Below, in pieces: positions 58,173-64,000 of a stretch of DNA of 64,000 nt. A program made the position numbers and the translations under genes. The notes beneath the pieces were generated by a model. It was not told the DNA's origin. It saw only the letters and a program-made list of their open reading frames with translations, and did no database searches. Each line of letters starts with the position of its first letter. Positions within the stretch are counted from its first letter, which is position 1. The stretch comes from Candidatus Latescibacterota bacterium (GTDB lineage Bacteria; Latescibacterota; UBA2968; UBA8231), in contig CBDAOB010000002.1 of assembly GCA_965197905.1 (NCBI GenBank), forward strand, positions 192,001 to 256,000. The letters run 5' to 3'.

Positions 58173-61148
58173 CTAAAGCATCAGGTTTGAATGTTCCGGG
58201 AATCCAACTAGAGCGCGCACGAAGAAGGAGAAGGTGTCGAAGTTGCCGGCCGCTCTTATGGCAGAATCAAACTCCTTGGCGTCGCGGACCAGCCCGGTAA
58301 TGGTGTAAAGCTCGTACCCGAAATAGCGCGATCGGTTGGTCAGCGTAGCGATCAGGGTGCGGCGCTTGAAGCTGTCTAGAGGGCGCTCCTCGTCGGCGAA
58401 ACGGTAGTGCAAAGGCCCCCATCCCTGAATTCCCAAGCGGGCAGAAGTCCGCTGCATGAGCGGCAGGTGAAAGAGCAGGATGGGTATGGTTTCGTGCTCG
58501 AAGCGCATGGTCTGGTCCTGCTCGCGATCTACGAACCGCAGCATTTGAAACTTGAATTTTGGTATCACGCTGAGCTTTCCCAAACGCCAGGTGTAGTCGA
58601 TCCGGTTGACGAGGGTCCAGTGATCCAAACGGCGTTCTCGGCCAAGGAATCCCCGAGATTGGCGCCCTCCCCGTTGCCAGTTTACGCGCAGGCGAATCTT
58701 CTGCACCAGGTTGAGGGTCGACCAAGGCCGCAGCCAGTTCTCGAGGTAGGTCTCGTTGACATAACTGTTTTCGTACCACAGGGGATCCTGACGTGGCCGG
58801 CTGATGAATGCGCGATTGCCCCAGTAAACGAAGTGCACAAAATACCGATAGTCTCCGGTGAACTGGCGATCCTCCGCTAAGATGTTGTACTCGTCGGGAA
58901 TGCCGTCCTGTACGCGACGGAAATGATTCTCGAAGAATAGTCGACGAAGCTTCCCGGGGTCCTGTCTGCGATACGTGAGCATCGCGTAGGTAGAGCGGTT
59001 CATGCCGCTGCCCTCGAGCTCTTCGAGGTCATAACGCCCCAGGCTCATGGTCCAGCGGGGGCTCAGATTAGTCTGTGCAAACAGGTGATATCCACGCTGG
59101 TCCGGATCGTACGGAGTATCCGGATCCCAATCGTCCTCCCTATGGTCAGGCTCTTCGTTGTTGTTGCGATCGAGGCCGTAGGTGTAGTCGTTGGCCTCGG
59201 CTTCGTACATCAAGAAGGGCTCGACGTAGTCGGGCAATGCATCGCCGTTGCGGTTGATGTCAGGATACCCGTCGTTGTCCTCGTCCTGGCCGATATACAC
59301 GCCGTCCGGATCTATCCCGGTGACTTCGATGCCATCGTTGCGAAACCAGCTCCCGGTGATGTACCCCGGGCGTTTGTCCGGAAACTGATCGCCGTCTTCG
59401 TTGTCTTGCACCAGGTCCCAGTAGATGGTTTCGTTGGAGAGTCCCTTGATCGTGCTGCGCCGATCCTTCACGATCGATTCTTCTTCTACGAAACTACGCA
59501 TGGTAGTGGTGAAATCGGGATTCATGGCGAAATACTCGCCGCCGAAGTGCCAGTTTTGGATCCAGCGGGTCGCATTGATGAAGTAGGCGGAGCCACGGTC
59601 CGCAAAACGCGAACCAAGGTTGAAGACGGGGACACCCGAAGCCTCTGCCGGGAAACGGCGGTATACACTAGAACGCGCGTATTCACCGTTCACGTCGAGA
59701 CCGGCCAATTGCAGACTCAGGTCCGTGCTATAGGTGAAGATCGCCGTGTCCTCACCTATGGAAAACCGGACCCGTTTCAGGTTGGACAGGTCCTGCACGT
59801 TGCCGCGCGCGCGCGCAACCGTACGGTAGAAGTCGCTTTTGAAGGTGCCGTAGCCTTTACCGCCCGGGCTATCCGCCCAGAGGGTGGCCACGTCCACCCG
59901 ATAGTCGTTTCCCACCATCGCCTCCACTTCGATCGATTCTAGGTACGGCTCCTGGGATACATCGAACAGGTAGGCAAGCTGCTCATCGCCATCGGCTTGC
60001 TGGATTTCTTCGGCAGAATCCATCGCAAAGGTGGAAACCAGATCGGCGACGTTGGTCTGGCGGCTCACATCCAGGCCTGCTTGGTGGTCAATGCGAAAAA
60101 GATAATCTGCATACAGGGCTATCTCTCCGCGTCCGCGATAGTAGGTTGTGAATCCCGGCTTTGTAATGAAATAGGGCAGCGGGAAGAAGTCCCCCGTCAC
60201 CCGGGAATACGCACCGACCTGGCTTGCTACGTTGGCCCGGTGACGGATCACGTGCGGCGCGATATCCGGCCGCGGCTCACCATTGACGATCACCACGACT
60301 TCCTGAACCACCGCCCCATCGCGGCCATCACGCGGCGAGTCATCCGAAAAGCGAACGACCACCCAGTCTACTAAGGGCTGATTGGGGCGCAATCTGCCCC
60401 TCAGGTTGTTGCCTGTCTGCTCACTGTCGTAGACGTGAAGGTTGGCGAGGTTCAATCCGAGCCTGGCGTTGCCGATATCCATCTGGATGCGGCCGCCGAG
60501 GAGCAACGACGAATCCGCCGCAAACATGGTATTGCCCTTATGGAATCCGGAGCGGCGAACGTAATCGAATCCCCGGGGCGCATAGGGGCGTTGTATGCGA
60601 CTCGCCAATGTCGTGACTTTTAAGTAGGGACTGGAGAAGTCGAAACGCATACCGCTGAAATCGACCAACGACAGCGTGAGAGGGGTGAAGCGCGCCGTGA
60701 GAGCGTCTCCCACCATGGCACTGTAACCCCAGTCTCCGTATCCGTCGCGCGCTATCGCTACGTACTTGAAAGCCTCGGTCCAGTTTCCCTCGTTCTTGAA
60801 GATGGAACTGCCCCGTTGCAGTTCTGGCTGGCGGCGCTCGTGCCAGCTGAACAGATCGTAACCCGTCATGAGATGGTTGCCGACACCGTCGTAGAACGAG
60901 CGCGGGTAGAAATTCCCGTGGCGTCCAGGTCCCTCCGGCTGCGGGGGTGTATGATTTTGATAATTGCTGTAGGAATCGAACGCGTAGTTCTGGTAGGGTC
61001 GTACCGGACGCCGCAACAGCCAGTTACTGGACAACGTTTCTTCCAGCGAAATCTGCGAATCCTCGCCGTAGCCAACGCCGGCCGCAGCACCCATCAAAGC
61101 CAATATCACGAGGTTGCGCCGCATGATCCCCAATCTAAACCGCATCAA
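58173..61148 (-). CDS. Large exported, probably outer-membrane protein with DxDxDG Ca-binding loops
   Basis: Signal-like 'MRRNLVILALMGAAAG' (alternative start 61124); 'PLTL...F.G.RFD'; 'DEDNDGYPD.NRNGDALPD'; amphipathic beta strands to the C-terminus. Confidence 0.75.
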   Translation of the reverse strand: MMRFRLGIMRRNLVILALMGAAAGVGYGEDSQISLEETLSSNWLLRRPVRPYQNYAFDSYSNYQNHTPPQPEGPGRHGNFYPRSFYDGVGNHLMTGYDLFSWHERRQPELQRGSSIFKNEGNWTEAFKYVAIARDGYGDWGYSAMVGDALTARFTPLTLSLVDFSGMRFDFSSPYLKVTTLASRIQRPYAPRGFDYVRRSGFHKGNTMFAADSSLLLGGRIQMDIGNARLGLNLANLHVYDSEQTGNNLRGRLRPNQPLVDWVVVRFSDDSPRDGRDGAVVQEVVVIVNGEPRPDIAPHVIRHRANVASQVGAYSRVTGDFFPLPYFITKPGFTTYYRGRGEIALYADYLFRIDHQAGLDVSRQTNVADLVSTFAMDSAEEIQQADGDEQLAYLFDVSQEPYLESIEVEAMVGNDYRVDVATLWADSPGGKGYGTFKSDFYRTVARARGNVQDLSNLKRVRFSIGEDTAIFTYSTDLSLQLAGLDVNGEYARSSVYRRFPAEASGVPVFNLGSRFADRGSAYFINATRWIQNWHFGGEYFAMNPDFTTTMRSFVEEESIVKDRRSTIKGLSNETIYWDLVQDNEDGDQFPDKRPGYITGSWFRNDGIEVTGIDPDGVYIGQDEDNDGYPDINRNGDALPDYVEPFLMYEAEANDYTYGLDRNNNEEPDHREDDWDPDTPYDPDQRGYHLFAQTNLSPRWTMSLGRYDLEELEGSGMNRSTYAMLTYRRQDPGKLRRLFFENHFRRVQDGIPDEYNILAEDRQFTGDYRYFVHFVYWGNRAFISRPRQDPLWYENSYVNETYLENWLRPWSTLNLVQKIRLRVNWQRGGRQSRGFLGRERRLDHWTLVNRIDYTWRLGKLSVIPKFKFQMLRFVDREQDQTMRFEHETIPILLFHLPLMQRTSARLGIQGWGPLHYRFADEERPLDSFKRRTLIATLTNRSRYFGYELYTITGLVRDAKEFDSAIRAAGNFDTFSFFVRALVGFPEHSNLML

Positions 61149-61274
61149 CGGGTTAGCACAAAGATCATCTCAGGTGCGACCGTGTCGTATCCGGTGTCAG
61201 AGGGGGGAGCAGAAAAAGCAGGCCGGCTCATTCTGGTGTGGGCGTGCACGCCTTTGCAGAGCTGCCAGCGTTTA

Positions 61275-62759
61275 TTAGAGCCGGTAGGCAAATAGCTTTG
61301 CCTGAAACATCCTCACTCGAATAGCGGCCATCTCACCAACTCCGGAGATATCGCTATTCCCTTTCCAGGTGACGACCTGGTCCTCTTTATCACCAACCAG
61401 ACGGTCGCACTCTTCAAAGGAATAGCCCCTCAGGGGGTTCGCATCTACGGCTTGCATGGTAGGTATGTACCGGAGCAGCTCCACCTCGATCCAGCCTCCG
61501 GGCGCACAGCGATAGTTCAATCGCAGTTCGTTTTCCTGGCGATACACGGTGGGAATGGTGAAGCGCCCTTCGGTTTCCGCCTCGACGCCGCACAGGCGGT
61601 GGGGGCGCCAGCGTGCCCACCGGCTCTGGTTCTCCTGCATCTGCGGAAACAGGCCGGGTTTGTACTCTTCTGGTGTGGTATGCAGGGACGAACGGGACTG
61701 GTAAGCCAACGCCCAGTACCCGTCCGGAAGCTCCACCAACCCGTTGCGCCATGGATGGAGCTGGCCCTCTTCGCCGCTGCCCCTGGGTCCTACGCTGAGA
61801 ACGGCGCGGCGCTCCGGCCGCGTCCACACGATGCCGTCGCGACTGAAGGCGAGCTGCAGATCCAGGTGATCGGTTGCCATGTGGAACACCGGCAGAACCA
61901 TGGCATGGAGTTCCTGTCGCCCTGGATAAGGGAAGTAGGCAGCTCCGTAGAACGAGATGTCCAGTGGATCCTGGGCATCGGGATGGAGCAGAAGCTTGGC
62001 CGCCGGCCAATGACGAAAGTCCTTGGTTCGCGTGAGGCCTACGGCACGACGCACTACCTCGGTTTCCGGAATGCTGGTGCCCAGGCTCTGGGGTTCGACA
62101 GGAGCACAGCCCTGGGGCTGGATGTAAGCGAAATAGGTCTCGTTATGTGCGTCGTAGCCGGGGCAGATACCGCCGTTCACCGAGTAGCTGGCAAGCCGTT
62201 CCTCGATCTTGGTCCAGTGGAGGCGGTCCGGAGACGTGTACCCGACGAGCGCCCCCTTCAAGACCACCTTGCGACCGGTATACGCTTCACCTTCGTACTG
62301 CTCAGCGCGCCAGTGCCCGTCCGCCTCATCGGCGCCCACCTCTTCGCCGGAGTCTCGGTCGAGCCAGAAACCCTCAGCGCCCAGCGCCTTAAACCGTTCG
62401 GCGGGCGCCGCCGAGGGATCCTCGATGATGCTGCCCTGTACCCCTGCCTTGAGGATGTTGTTGTCGGTGGAGCCGTTGAACTCTGCTTCGCCCAGCACCG
62501 GCCGATCCCAGTTGTAACCGTCATCGCTGACCGCGTAGCAGGCGTTGCTTCCCGCCCCATAGATCAAGTGGAGCTTCCCATCGTCGTGCCACACATGATA
62601 AGCGCTCATGTGCCGGTCCAATTCCCATTCCTTTTCGGGCATCAGGAACGGCTCGGATCGGCGTGCCTCCTCCACTTTCAGCTTCACGCCAATTGGCCCG
62701 TCGAACAGCTCGTAACTTCCGGTGCGGGTGGTGCTCCGGTGGCCGCTGAAGATCTCCAT
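61275..62759 (-). CDS. 5-bladed beta-propeller glycosidase-like protein
   Basis: 'S.DG.NW.RP', 'TKDF.HW', 'LAFSRDG..W.R', C-terminal 'G.I.VEL...W.G...LFAY'; paralog of 41360..42739. Confidence 0.7.
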   Translation of the reverse strand: MEIFSGHRSTTRTGSYELFDGPIGVKLKVEEARRSEPFLMPEKEWELDRHMSAYHVWHDDGKLHLIYGAGSNACYAVSDDGYNWDRPVLGEAEFNGSTDNNILKAGVQGSIIEDPSAAPAERFKALGAEGFWLDRDSGEEVGADEADGHWRAEQYEGEAYTGRKVVLKGALVGYTSPDRLHWTKIEERLASYSVNGGICPGYDAHNETYFAYIQPQGCAPVEPQSLGTSIPETEVVRRAVGLTRTKDFRHWPAAKLLLHPDAQDPLDISFYGAAYFPYPGRQELHAMVLPVFHMATDHLDLQLAFSRDGIVWTRPERRAVLSVGPRGSGEEGQLHPWRNGLVELPDGYWALAYQSRSSLHTTPEEYKPGLFPQMQENQSRWARWRPHRLCGVEAETEGRFTIPTVYRQENELRLNYRCAPGGWIEVELLRYIPTMQAVDANPLRGYSFEECDRLVGDKEDQVVTWKGNSDISGVGEMAAIRVRMFQAKLFAYRL

Positions 62760-62899
62760 TACGTCCACCATTGCCATCCAGGTGCCGGGATTGTACCGCG
62801 GCCGTACCCAATCACCGGGGAAATAACTGCCCCGATCCAGAATCTCCTGTCGCTGGCTATTCAAGCAAGCCCCCACATTTCAATCTTGCCTCCTGATTT

Positions 62900-64000
62900 C
62901 TAGATCGGGCGTCCGAACTCGGTAAATCCCAAGATGACCCTCACGAAGAACGTTCGCAGGTGGAAGTCGCGGTCGTCCAGAAACGGGGAGTCATACTCGA
63001 TCCTGTCGGCGTTGAACCCCATCGTGGTTACGAGCTCGTAGCCGAAATAACGCGAGCTGTTGGTGAGGGAAACGAAAGCGGTGCGCTGCTCAAAGCTGTT
63101 GCGCTTGGAGGTGTCGTCCCGGCGCCGGTACGGTATGGGTCCCATGCCTTGAAATCCGATGCGCAGGTGCGTCCGGGTGAGGAGCGGATATTCAACGCGG
63201 AGAATGGGAATGGAGCGTAGCTCCGATTGCAGCCGCACGTCACGCTCTCGATCCACCAGCCGCAACAGCAGGAGCTTGTATTGGGGAGTAACCGTCAGTT
63301 TGCCCCAACGCCCCACGTACTGGATGCGACTGGTCGAGGTCCAGAAATCGACCCGGCGCTGGCGCTGGAAGAGGCCGTGCGTTTCGCCGCCTTGCTGCCA
63401 GTTGAAACGTCCCCGCAGTTTCTGCACAATCTCTAAGGACGACCACGGCGAAACGCGGCCTTGCACATAGCTGTCGCTGACGATGCTATCGCGGTAGAAC
63501 AGTTGATCGGGAAGGATCTCCACTACCATGTGCACCGGCAGGCCGAAACCCTCTTGAACGGGCCGGCTATAGGCAATTCCACGGCCTCCAAAGCGCACAT
63601 CGCGCGGTCCGGCGTCATCGTCGAACACCATGATCTCATCGGCGATGTCGTCCTGAATCGTGCGCAGGCCGCTCTCGAAGAACAGGCGCTTGAGCCTTCC
63701 CTCGCCCTGGCGCCGATAACTCAACAGGCCATAGGTCGAGCGGTTGTGCCCGCTACCAGCAATCTCCTCGATGTCGTAGCGGCCGGCCGAGGCGGACCAG
63801 TTTGGCGTCAGATGCCACTGGCCGAACAGGTGGTAGCCGCGCTCGTCGTGCTCGTAGGGGTAGTCCACTTCGGCATCGTCTTCGCGCTGGTCGGGCTCGT
63901 CATTGTTGTTGCGGTCCAAGCCATACACGTAGCTGTTGGGTTCCACATCGAACATCAAAAACGGCTCTTCAAAGTCGGGCAGCCGGTTGAAATTGCGATT
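62900..64000 (-). CDS. Paralog of the 58173..61148 protein, 5'-partial
   Basis: Shared 'YGLDRNNN.EPD.REDD...PY..D.RGYHLF', 'SRYFGYEL', 'FFVR...GF.E'; frame open to the right edge. Confidence 0.85.
   Translation of the reverse strand, partial: NRNFNRLPDFEEPFLMFDVEPNSYVYGLDRNNNDEPDQREDDAEVDYPYEHDERGYHLFGQWHLTPNWSASAGRYDIEEIAGSGHNRSTYGLLSYRRQGEGRLKRLFFESGLRTIQDDIADEIMVFDDDAGPRDVRFGGRGIAYSRPVQEGFGLPVHMVVEILPDQLFYRDSIVSDSYVQGRVSPWSSLEIVQKLRGRFNWQQGGETHGLFQRQRRVDFWTSTSRIQYVGRWGKLTVTPQYKLLLLRLVDRERDVRLQSELRSIPILRVEYPLLTRTHLRIGFQGMGPIPYRRRDDTSKRNSFEQRTAFVSLTNSSRYFGYELVTTMGFNADRIEYDSPFLDDRDFHLRTFFVRVILGFTEFGRPI

Noticed and set aside
61452..62903. Long antisense ORFs (also 41849..42874, 49494..50372, 59085..59942, 22306..23199 and others)
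   Set aside because: Shadow ORFs opposite well-supported genes, expected at high GC; no motifs.
1..64000. tRNA, rRNA, integrase, transposase or prophage genes
   Set aside because: None recognised by eye; tRNAscan, barrnap and HMM searches would be needed to exclude them formally.

Overview
High-GC bacterial chromosomal window with about 50 protein-coding genes, mostly catabolic or accessory. These include four PhyH-type Fe(II)/2-oxoglutarate dioxygenases, three Gfo/Idh/MocA dehydrogenases, BNR/sialidase-like and 5-bladed glycosidase-like propellers, peptidases (M55, M81, M3), iorAB, a class I fumarase and aroD. This mix, together with FG-GAP/ASPIC-UnbV proteins carrying a 'QNYPNPFN...WDG...SGVYFYRL' C-terminal domain, resembles Latescibacterota/Poribacteria-like marine bacteria (inference only). 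I saw no rRNA, tRNA, CRISPR array, integrase or transposase. Highlights: (1) selenoneine genes senA-senB lie back-to-back with a PhnCDE-like putative selenate ABC importer, with no senC/selD in the window. (2) A ~550-bp module occurs twice; it holds a small length-variable coiled-coil membrane protein gene with a conserved sigma54 promoter and paired 18-bp enhancer-like boxes, and flanks a 5'-truncated FG-GAP gene next to an orphan sigma54 promoter. (3) A frameshifted, apparently exported ribosomal L7/L12 C-terminal-domain paralog is bracketed by two cysteines. (4) One PhyH has a halogenase-like H-x-A iron motif. (5) Two paralogs of a giant Ca-binding outer-membrane-like protein alternate with a glycosidase-like gene. 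(6) A ~160-bp palindromic MITE/REP-like element follows iorB. (7) Several small frameshifts and microhomology deletions recur and may be assembly errors or real decay. All family calls come from motif recognition by eye, not database searches.
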